Positions 57,701-64,000 of a stretch of DNA of 64,000 nt are shown piece by piece (the stretch's first letter is position 1; each line of letters opens with the position of its first letter). Source of the stretch: an uncultured Pelagibacteraceae bacterium (GTDB taxonomy: Bacteria > Pseudomonadota > Alphaproteobacteria > Pelagibacterales > AG-422-B15); NCBI GenBank assembly GCA_902525575.1, contig CABZHU010000001.1, positions 51,376-115,375 on the forward strand. The letters are read 5' to 3'. The translations under genes and the position numbers were made by a program. The notes beneath the pieces are model-generated. The model did not search any database and was not told where the DNA came from. It was given only the letters and a program-made list of their open reading frames with translations.

Positions 57701-60700
57701 CAGGTGATACTGTTACGGATACATTTACTTACACTGTTAAAGATGATGATGATAAAAATGCTGACACCGGTGAACTCGTTATCACCATAACGGGTGTCAA
57801 TGATGATATTACAGCAGTAAATGATACAGATGCCGTAAATGCAAATAATACTATTTCACGAAGTACATCAGATACTCAAGAACTTGATCACGATGATACA
57901 GACCCTGATGCTGATGATGTATCGGGATCGTTTGAGATTACAGCAATCCGAACTGGAGCAAGTGAAGGCGCTGGAACCGCAAAGACTATTGGTCAAGCAT
58001 TCACTACCACATATGGAACCATGACAGTGAATGCTAATGGATCATATACTTATGCCGCTGATCAAAGCGGATCGACTAATTTAAGCAATGGAGTTACCGC
58101 AACTGATAGCTTCAATTACACGGTTCGAGACCACAATAGTGGTGATACTGATATTGCAACTTTAGTTATCACAATTACTGGAAGAGTTGATCCAGTTCCC
58201 TCAGCTAGTGATGATGCTGGTTACATTAATGAAGACGCTACATTAACTGTCACAGATGGTACCAGTGCTAATGACAGTACTCCTGATGCTACTGGTGAAC
58301 ACACGGGTGATGTTCTGTTAAACGATACGCATTCTGGCGGTGATTCATTAACTGTTGTTGACATTTCAAATGGTTCAGTCGACAGCGCTGCTACAGGAAC
58401 ATTTGGTCAATTAACAATTGCTGCGAATGGTAGCTACACGTATGTTGCCAATCAAAGTGCAGCTGATGCCCTTGATTCTGGTGATACTGGAACGGATATA
58501 TTTACTTACACAGTTGAAGACGAAAATGGAGACCAAGATACAGCAACAATTACATTTACTGTTGCAGGTTTGAATGATCCCATAACAGCAGTAAATGATA
58601 CTGATTCAGTAAATGAAGATGCAACAATAAACCGAAGCACTTCAGATACGCAGGAACTTGATCATGACGATACCGACCCAGATGGTGATGATGCATCTGG
58701 AAGCTTTACCATAACAGCAATCAGAACGGGCAGAGAAGGTGCGAGTGGAACCAGTGGTACGGTTGGACAAGCGCTTACTGGTACGTATGGTGTGTTAACT
58801 GTTGCTGCGGATGGCGGTTATAGTTATGCAGCGACAACAAGTGGTGCAGATGGATTAGCTCATGGAGCAACAGCTATTGATTACTTCACCTACACAGTCA
58901 GAGATCACAGTGGTGGTGTCACTGATACGGCTGAACTCGCAATTACAGTTACAGGAGTTGGACCAGTAGCAGCGAATGATACGGGAGCAGTTAATGAAGA
59001 TGCTACGTTATCTGTAAATGCCGGTTCTGGAGTTACATCAAACGATACGAGTGGTGATACTGAAAGCCTAGCGGTCACAGCAATTAGAACAGGCGCTGAA
59101 ACAGGCAGTGGATCATCTGGTACTGTTGGTCAATCATTAACAGGTACTTACGGCACACTGACTATGAATGCCGATGGAAGCTATACATATGTGGCTGATC
59201 AAGCTGCAGCTGATGCTCTTGATCCAAGCGAAACTGTGACAGATACATTCACTTACACAGTGGCAGACGATAATGACGCTAGTACAGATACTGGTGAGAT
59301 TGTAATAACAGTTACTGGTACAAATGACGATATTGTTGCCGTAAATGATACCGATGCAGTGAATGAAGATGCCACCATCAGTCGATCAACGAGTGATACG
59401 CAGGAACTGGACCATGATGATACAGATGTTGACGGCGATGATGTTTCAGGATCATTTACAATTACTGCGATCAGAACAGGTTCAGAAAGTGGCTCAGGTA
59501 ATTCAGGTACAATTGGGCAAGCATTAACAGGTACATACGGTACACTTACAGTTAATGCTGATGGATCATATACATACGTGGCTGATCAAAATGCAGCTGA
59601 CAGCATTGTAACTGGGCAGACAGCAACAGATACATTTACCTATACGGTTCGAGATCACAACAGTGGATCCACAGATACAGCAGAGCTCTCCTTTACTGTA
59701 ACAGGTATTAACGATGAAAATCCTGTGGCAGTTGATGATACGGATACTGTTCCAAAAGGTGAAACAATTACGAGAGCAGCTGATACAACGTCTGCACTTA
59801 ATGCAGACGATACTGATGCAGATGGTGAGTCGTTAACAATTTCTGCAATTAGAGTAGGACAAACTGAAGGTGGCGGTGCATCAGGTACACTCGGCAATGC
59901 ACTTGTTGGAACGTATGGTACGCTTACACTTAATGCTGATGGAAGTTACAGCTATGTTGCTGATCAGGCAGCTGCAGATGCATTAAAACGTGGCCAAAGT
60001 GCAATAGAGTACTTCAACTACACAGTAACTGATGGAACAAATGAGGACATTGGTGTGCTTGCAATTACTGTTACCGGTAAGAGTGATCCTCCCGTACCGG
60101 ATGACGACATACTTGCAATCGATGCAGGTGCGACAGGTGTAAAAGATGCCTCCAAAGGTGTATTAAACAATGATACAGATCCCGATGGTGACAGCTTAAC
60201 TGTAAATACGATACGAACAGGTGAGGAAACTGGCACTGGGACATCTGGATCAATTGGATCACCTCTTACAGGAGCGTATGGGGATTTAACAATTAACGCC
60301 GACGGCAGCTATGAATACAAGGCTAATAATGCGAAAGCATTAAACCCAGGAGTAATAGCAACTGAATACTTTACGTATACCGCAACGGATGGAGAAACTC
60401 CTGTAGAAGCTCAAATTGCCGTGACTGTGACAGGTAAAAATGACCCACCTCAAGTTTTATACCCTGTTCAAGATCCAAATACAATTACAGGTGCAACAAT
60501 CATTATCAAACACAAACAAATTTTTGATGATCCAGATACAGGTATTTATGACATCGCAGAATATAAGATTATTGACCCTGAAGATGGCACAGAAGTAAGT
60601 CTTCCCGATGGACTAAGATTAAAACAAAATAAGATTCATGGATCCATTAGTACACCTGGAATATATTCGATAACGATAAGAGCCATTGATGGTGAAGGGC

Positions 60701-61824
60701 TTTATGCAGATCATACATTCACAATCACAGTAAACCCTGCGCCAGGAGAAATAGTTGAAAAGGAAACTACCGATGAAGAAATACCATCCAATTATGATAC
60801 AGTTGTCATTAAACCAAAGAAAGATTATTTAGCTGCATTACAAGAATTTAATGAGGGTTCATTATCTATAACAGATGATGGCTTTAATTTGGATACTATA
60901 TCAATTGCTGATACTGCATCCCTTTCAAAACCCCTAAAATTCAATGGAGGTTTGAGATTGATGGATGCTGTCGCCAATGAAACATCTGGCAATGAAGAAT
61001 CCGATTTATCAGTAGGTATTAAATTAAATGATGATAACCAGAAAAATGTTGAACTATATTCAGGAAAACTCTCTGATGGGAAAGCCTTGCCTGAGTGGAT
61101 ACAAGTCAATCCTGAAACAGGAGAAACAACTGCCGATATGCCTGAGGGAGTTCAAGAGGTTGAAGTACAGCTTGTTGCGCTGGATAAAGACGGAAACACA
61201 AGAGATATTAATATTGTGCTAGATAAGGCAAAAATTAAAAATGACCAAGACTTTACTAGAGGTACAGTTGGTGAAACTAGGGTTGTTGTTGATAACGATG
61301 CAAATGTAAATCTTATTCGTAAAACTGATGGAAGAACAAATCAAGTTGCGTCAAATAATTTAAATGCTGAAACTGATTTCCTAGGAACCATGAAACTGAG
61401 TGATATTCAAGTTGATGCAGGCAAGTATACGTTGGATGTTATCGATGACAATCAATCGAATGTAAAATTGTATAAAGCTGAGATGAAAGATGGAAGCTCT
61501 TTGCCAGAATGGATTACCATTGATCCTGAAACAGGAGCCATCTCAGCAGACCCATCAATAGGACGAACGGGTTCTGCAGCCCCAGCATTTTTAACAAATA
61601 GTCTTCAAGTCCTTGAGTTAAAAATTATTGCTGAAGATGAAGATGGTAAAGAGAGAATAATTGAAGTTGATATTAATCTTGATGAAATTGCTACTCCGTC
61701 TGCAACTGAAGAGCAAGCTGAGGAAACTGATGAAGTTTCGTTTATTCCTCTTGATGAACAACTTAGGGTACAGTCTCAGAAAATAGATAATTATGGCGAA
61801 AAAATTATTAGTCTTGTAAGCTAA
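54733..61824 (+). CDS. Giant (2363 aa) secreted repeat protein: N-terminal LEPRLMLDGAA motif, DUF4347, unknown beta-rich domain, 12 VCBS/cadherin-like repeats, 3 dystroglycan-type cadherin-like modules, acidic C-terminus
   Basis: A single uninterrupted 7.1-kb ORF. The DUF4347-like block is IIFIDSTVED...VHVIGHGSVGQIAFG...ILFYGCNVAA..G...IADITDADVAASDD (about 54941-55365). Repeats have the form NDTGAVNEDATL..SNDTDADGDTLTV...G.YG.LTL..DGSYTY.A......L..G...TDTFTYTV.D..G..DTA.LTITVTG. No GGxGxD nonapeptides. Confidence 0.9.
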   Translation: MSNKLIQALEPRLMLDGAAVATAIDAVDDLAQFQKSDNDKSSKADHFKVDKDTKLPFVNVDASSQSAKSRQIIFIDSTVEDIETLINSFDNNTEVHVIQSDQDGFVTMQNILSSQENIDAVHVIGHGSVGQIAFGTAVLNSDTLNAYENILQEIGASLSEDGDILFYGCNVAADQSGEILIKQIADITDADVAASDDITGKGGDWDLEKHTGIIETENVSVVGYQYALTNGVTATQNAVEIHNSNMNFMAGGGSYNNNTGGQTDPGGTRYIVTLERDNVTTGSNLVFDYAVASSSHDPDNDGAVNVYMVYLNDDVNRRSLNDRGIITFDNEILGIFTTPENTIAKSGYDMSTGTYPLTTGSKKVQMRDLEYQNDGVPPGVMGSGDAFTVTGSNKILTMATDNGLKGDFVRVVTRVASTNQDPVGNNDTGAVNEDASVSVSAGSGVLSNDTDADGDTLTVDAISGGSLGSALDGNYGQLTLSGDGSYTYNANKDLADPLDPGDTATDTFTYTVSDGNGGTDTATLTITITGVNDPITAINDTDAVNEDATINRSTSDSEELDHDDTDPDGDDVSGSFTITAIRTGREGASGTSGTVGQALTGTYGVLTVQSDGRYSYAATTSGADGLAHGVTAIDYFTYTVRDHSGGDTDTAELAITVTGVGPVAANDTGAVDENATLSKNAGAGVIANDTSGDTESLAVTAIRTEAEDSGSGTSGTVGQALTGTYGVLTLDADGSYTYIANTAAAEALDDGDSVTDVFTYTVADDDDASTDTGTLTITITGVDDDPVGVNDTGAVNEDATLDVDQASSGVLSNDTDADTDATLTVSAISGGTVGQAKNGTYGALTLASDGTYTYVANQSGADGLAAGATATDTFTYTVSDDNGGTTDTATLTITVTGIGPQAVNDTGAVDEDDTLNVNEASGVISNDDDNSSFDSESLAVTGIRTGTESGSGSAGSINSALTGIYGQLTIQANGSYAYVANQAAADALDPGDTVTDTFTYTVKDDDDKNADTGELVITITGVNDDITAVNDTDAVNANNTISRSTSDTQELDHDDTDPDADDVSGSFEITAIRTGASEGAGTAKTIGQAFTTTYGTMTVNANGSYTYAADQSGSTNLSNGVTATDSFNYTVRDHNSGDTDIATLVITITGRVDPVPSASDDAGYINEDATLTVTDGTSANDSTPDATGEHTGDVLLNDTHSGGDSLTVVDISNGSVDSAATGTFGQLTIAANGSYTYVANQSAADALDSGDTGTDIFTYTVEDENGDQDTATITFTVAGLNDPITAVNDTDSVNEDATINRSTSDTQELDHDDTDPDGDDASGSFTITAIRTGREGASGTSGTVGQALTGTYGVLTVAADGGYSYAATTSGADGLAHGATAIDYFTYTVRDHSGGVTDTAELAITVTGVGPVAANDTGAVNEDATLSVNAGSGVTSNDTSGDTESLAVTAIRTGAETGSGSSGTVGQSLTGTYGTLTMNADGSYTYVADQAAADALDPSETVTDTFTYTVADDNDASTDTGEIVITVTGTNDDIVAVNDTDAVNEDATISRSTSDTQELDHDDTDVDGDDVSGSFTITAIRTGSESGSGNSGTIGQALTGTYGTLTVNADGSYTYVADQNAADSIVTGQTATDTFTYTVRDHNSGSTDTAELSFTVTGINDENPVAVDDTDTVPKGETITRAADTTSALNADDTDADGESLTISAIRVGQTEGGGASGTLGNALVGTYGTLTLNADGSYSYVADQAAADALKRGQSAIEYFNYTVTDGTNEDIGVLAITVTGKSDPPVPDDDILAIDAGATGVKDASKGVLNNDTDPDGDSLTVNTIRTGEETGTGTSGSIGSPLTGAYGDLTINADGSYEYKANNAKALNPGVIATEYFTYTATDGETPVEAQIAVTVTGKNDPPQVLYPVQDPNTITGATIIIKHKQIFDDPDTGIYDIAEYKIIDPEDGTEVSLPDGLRLKQNKIHGSISTPGIYSITIRAIDGEGLYADHTFTITVNPAPGEIVEKETTDEEIPSNYDTVVIKPKKDYLAALQEFNEGSLSITDDGFNLDTISIADTASLSKPLKFNGGLRLMDAVANETSGNEESDLSVGIKLNDDNQKNVELYSGKLSDGKALPEWIQVNPETGETTADMPEGVQEVEVQLVALDKDGNTRDINIVLDKAKIKNDQDFTRGTVGETRVVVDNDANVNLIRKTDGRTNQVASNNLNAETDFLGTMKLSDIQVDAGKYTLDVIDDNQSNVKLYKAEMKDGSSLPEWITIDPETGAISADPSIGRTGSAAPAFLTNSLQVLELKIIAEDEDGKERIIEVDINLDEIATPSATEEQAEETDEVSFIPLDEQLRVQSQKIDNYGEKIISLVS
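55993..60435 (+). repeat. Twelve tandem coding repeats of about 360-390 nt (VCBS-type) in three sequence subtypes, including a higher-order duplication
   Basis: Repeat boundaries were read from the recurring ...T(I/V)TG(V/I/T/K)(N/D/G)D... junctions. Units 2-3 (56323..57075) and 8-9 (58570..59319) align at an offset of 2247 nt and share a 47-nt identical run (56692..56738 = 58939..58985). Confidence 0.85.
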
Positions 61825-61836
61825 TTCTATAAATAA

Positions 61837-62556
61837 ATGAATAAAGTTAAAATATCGTTAGCAGCGTTTTGCTTTCTTTTTATATCTTTTGAGGCACTAG
61901 CTGAAGAAAGATCAACACGTATTTTAGTTACTGCAACTGAAGAGGCGACTTTATCAAGTGAAATTGCAGCAAAAATAATCTCTATTCCTATAAAAGTAGG
62001 AAATAACTTTAGTAAATCAGATATTTTAATTGAATTTGACTGCTCTTTTTTTGAAGCCCAAAAAGATGTTGTTCAAGCAGAACTTGATGGTGCTAGGGTA
62101 ACTTTAAAAAGCAATCAAGAGCTTGCTGCGATGAGATCTATTGGAGAGTACGAAGTTCAACTATCTCAAATAGCAGTTGATCGAGCACAATCAGAATTAA
62201 ATATTGCGGAACTCAACACTGATCGTTGTATTATTCGAGCACCCTATGACGGAGTTATGTCCAAAGTTTTTGTAAATGAGTACGAAAGTATTGAAAGGCA
62301 ACAGCCATTGATTGAAATTATTGGGTCAGGCACATTGGAAGCAAAACTTATGATATCAAGTAAATGGCTATCATGGTTATCTGAAGGATACCCTCTAAGT
62401 ATAGTTATTGATGAGAATGGCTTAGAGTATAGTGCACAAATACATTCTTTGGGTGCAGATATAGATCCGGTAAGTCAGACGATTGATGCTACCGCACAAT
62501 TTGATGAAAATTATGAAACATTACTTCCAGGAATGAGTGGGACAGCAACGTTTTGA
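61837..62556 (+). CDS. Small periplasmic adaptor (membrane-fusion/HlyD_D23-like) protein with signal peptide
   Basis: 239 aa. Signal peptide ...SFEALAEE, a lipoyl-like hairpin (ATLSSEIAAKIISIPIKVGNNFSKSDILIEFD...IIRAPYDGVMSKVFVNEYESI) and a coiled-coil between the two halves. Confidence 0.6.
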   Translation: MNKVKISLAAFCFLFISFEALAEERSTRILVTATEEATLSSEIAAKIISIPIKVGNNFSKSDILIEFDCSFFEAQKDVVQAELDGARVTLKSNQELAAMRSIGEYEVQLSQIAVDRAQSELNIAELNTDRCIIRAPYDGVMSKVFVNEYESIERQQPLIEIIGSGTLEAKLMISSKWLSWLSEGYPLSIVIDENGLEYSAQIHSLGADIDPVSQTIDATAQFDENYETLLPGMSGTATF

Positions 62557-63896
62557 ATGATAATTCTTCAATAAAAATTGCACGACTAATTACACTTGAA
62601 AAAAAGTTTCGTAACGCTGAAAGTGAAACAGAACTTGGTTTTATTTGTGCTAACGAATTACGGAGTATAGTTGACTATAATTTCTTATTTCTTCTCAACA
62701 GATCAAGCATAAACCGGCTTAAAGTGAATACTATTTCTGATTTATCAGTCATTGATAGAACTGCTCCAACCGTTACTTTTATTGAGGGATTACTTAATAA
62801 GAAAGGAATGATCAATAGTGATGAAGTATCTGCAATCAGTCTTCAATCCCTTAATTTAGATAAATTAAATCTAAGCATTCCTGAAAATTTTCCAAATCAT
62901 TTAGTTTTTGTTCCTTTGTCTTCACGAATAGAAAAAAATATTGGTTACTTAGTTCTTGTAAGAACAGAACCAGTTACAAGTTCAGAAAAAGATTTATTAT
63001 TGCACATCTCTGAAAGCTTTAGTCACGCGCTTACTGCTTTCGGTAAAAAAAAATCATTATTAACAAGTATCAGTCGCATATTTTCAGGATGGGTAAAGTG
63101 GCTAGTGATTGCATCTATAACTGTGGTGATGTTCTTTCCTATCAGCATGTCAGCTCTCGCACCAGTAGAAGTGGTTGCGAAAGATCCAACGATTGTCACA
63201 TCACCCGTGAATGGAGTTGTTGAAAAAGTTTTAATTAAGACCAATGAAAATGTAAAACCAGGCACAGAACTAGTTAAACTGGACGATTTAAATTTTAAAA
63301 ATCAGTATGAAATTGCACTTCAGACACTTGAAGTAGCTGAAGCCGAGCTGTTAAGAGTCAAACAGTCATCATTTTCAAATGAAGATGACAAAGCACGCCT
63401 GGTTGAGCTTTCAACTGAAGTAGGTTTAAGAAAAAAAGAAGCCACTTATGCAGAAGAGCAGCTGAAATACTCAATTATTTCTGCTGAGCGAGAGGGTATT
63501 GCAGTAGTTGAAGACTTTACTGATTGGCAAGGGAGACCTGTTACCATTGGTGAAAAAATATTAACCATAGCTGATCCTCAACAAATTGAATTTGAAATCT
63601 TCTTGCCTACTAAAGACTCTCTTTTGATCAAGAAGGAAGCCAGAGTAAAAGTTTTTTTAGATAGTGACCCTCTCAATTCTTTAGACGGTAAGGTATTGCG
63701 TACTTCATATAAGCCTGCGCTTACATCTGAGAATATTTTAGCTTATCAGATTTTTGCAAAATTAGATGGAAACCAAGGAGAAGTACCAAGAATAGGTTTA
63801 CGAGGCACAGCAAAAATTTATGGAGAAAAAACAAGTATTTTTTACTACATATTCCGTGTTCCAATAAATCTTACGAGACAATTTTTAGGTTTTTAG
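62553..63896 (+). CDS. HlyD-family adaptor with N-terminal cytoplasmic GAF-like domain and one TM
   Basis: 447 aa. Residues 1-170 are soluble, ending ..IGYLVLVRTEPVTSSEKDLLLHISESFSHAL (GAF-like). TM segment WVKWLVIASITVVMFFPI. Then SPVNGVVEKVLIKTNENVKPGTELVKLDD, a coiled-coil, and IISAEREGIAVV...GRPVTIGEKILTI (MFP lipoyl and beta-barrel parts). 4-nt overlap with the upstream adaptor gene. Confidence 0.7.
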   Translation: MNDNSSIKIARLITLEKKFRNAESETELGFICANELRSIVDYNFLFLLNRSSINRLKVNTISDLSVIDRTAPTVTFIEGLLNKKGMINSDEVSAISLQSLNLDKLNLSIPENFPNHLVFVPLSSRIEKNIGYLVLVRTEPVTSSEKDLLLHISESFSHALTAFGKKKSLLTSISRIFSGWVKWLVIASITVVMFFPISMSALAPVEVVAKDPTIVTSPVNGVVEKVLIKTNENVKPGTELVKLDDLNFKNQYEIALQTLEVAEAELLRVKQSSFSNEDDKARLVELSTEVGLRKKEATYAEEQLKYSIISAEREGIAVVEDFTDWQGRPVTIGEKILTIADPQQIEFEIFLPTKDSLLIKKEARVKVFLDSDPLNSLDGKVLRTSYKPALTSENILAYQIFAKLDGNQGEVPRIGLRGTAKIYGEKTSIFYYIFRVPINLTRQFLGF

Positions 63897-63897
63897 A

Positions 63898-64000
63898 TGA
63901 CTGTTCCATACTTAAGACAAGATTTGAAATTGAGTGAGGGTCCCAAAAAAGAGGATGGCTCTTCATCGTGGCTACTTTATGACTCTTTAAGAAATAAATA
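63898..64000 (+). CDS. 5' end (34 codons) of an ORF resembling HlyD-associated M50/site-2-protease-family membrane proteins
   Basis: Hand translation: MTVPYLRQDLKLSEGPKKEDGSSSWLLYDSLRNK. The pattern P-LR-DL-L..GP...DG...W.LYD..RN matches my recollection of the N-termini of M50-type proteins encoded next to paired HlyD genes. It starts 2 nt after the previous stop and is truncated by the window end. Confidence 0.35.

Noticed and set aside
55993-60435. The regular repeat array could be mistaken for a CRISPR or satellite.
   Set aside because: The units are 360-390 nt and lie in frame inside one long ORF encoding VCBS-type protein repeats. There is no short repeat/spacer structure and there are no cas genes.
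1242-61222. Many track ORFs of 60-137 aa lie antisense to or nested within long well-supported genes. Examples: 1242..1547, 3233..3475, 4548..4895, 6540..6985, 9077..9670, 15110..15328, 15880..16116, 17241..17489, 20539..20952, 40448..40777, 42019..42275, 44049..44318, 44694..45014, 45351..45866, 52477..52725, 57009..57251, 59655..60262, 60825..61222.
   Set aside because: Each overlaps a longer ORF with clear family motifs on the other strand or frame. Their translations are low-complexity or compositionally odd (Ser/Leu/Pro-rich mirror images), and none shows a recognisable motif.
54733-61824. Labelling the giant protein an RTX toxin or hemolysin-type calcium-binding protein.
   Set aside because: I found no GGxGxD nonapeptide repeats anywhere in the 2363 aa. 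The acidic motifs are of the cadherin/VCBS DxDxDG type.
54733-61824. Visibly higher G+C of the giant gene as evidence of horizontal transfer.
   Set aside because: The enrichment is explained by amino-acid composition (Gly/Ala/Thr/Asp codons). Third positions still look A/T-biased like the rest of the window.

Overview
This is an AT-rich, very gene-dense window with about 62 CDS and one tRNA. Most intergenic spacers are 0-12 nt, and many genes overlap by 1-8 nt. No rRNA, CRISPR array, transposase, integrase or prophage signal was seen. GcrA, a class I LysRS and an alpha-proteobacteria-type TIGR02186-like membrane protein point to a streamlined marine alphaproteobacterium; a Pelagibacterales-like or similar lineage is inference only.

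Layout:
- 1-13.4 kb: housekeeping genes (yidC-yidD-rnpA-rpmH, tRNA-Arg, gcrA, argD-argF, trkH, folE, lysK, pyrD).
- 13.4-26.7 kb: TetR, SDRs, a tauE/TIGR02186/ccdA membrane operon and a beta-oxidation set for unsaturated acyl-CoAs.
- 27.5-32.3 kb: a four-gene glycoside operon (serine hydrolase, GPH symporter, galK-like kinase, GH1).
- 32.3-39.1 kb: redox and detoxification genes, including three tandem GST/thioredoxin-fold genes.
- 39.2-50.6 kb: a Pot-type ABC importer, an aldehyde dehydrogenase, a GS-like ligase and a tightly coupled operon of unknown function (divergent M19 dipeptidase, 552-aa unknown protein, DUF3726-like protein).
- 50.7-64.0 kb: the most unusual region. It holds a tandem winged-helix protein and a TolC-like lipoprotein with a long C-terminal extension (cadherin-like module, acidic linker, SPOR-like domain). 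Divergent from that is a 2363-aa DUF4347/VCBS-repeat giant surface protein without RTX repeats. Two periplasmic adaptor genes follow, one with a GAF-like cytoplasmic domain, then the first 34 codons of an ORF that resembles HlyD-associated M50-type membrane proteins rather than an ABC exporter.

All family assignments rest on by-eye motif recognition. No searches were run.
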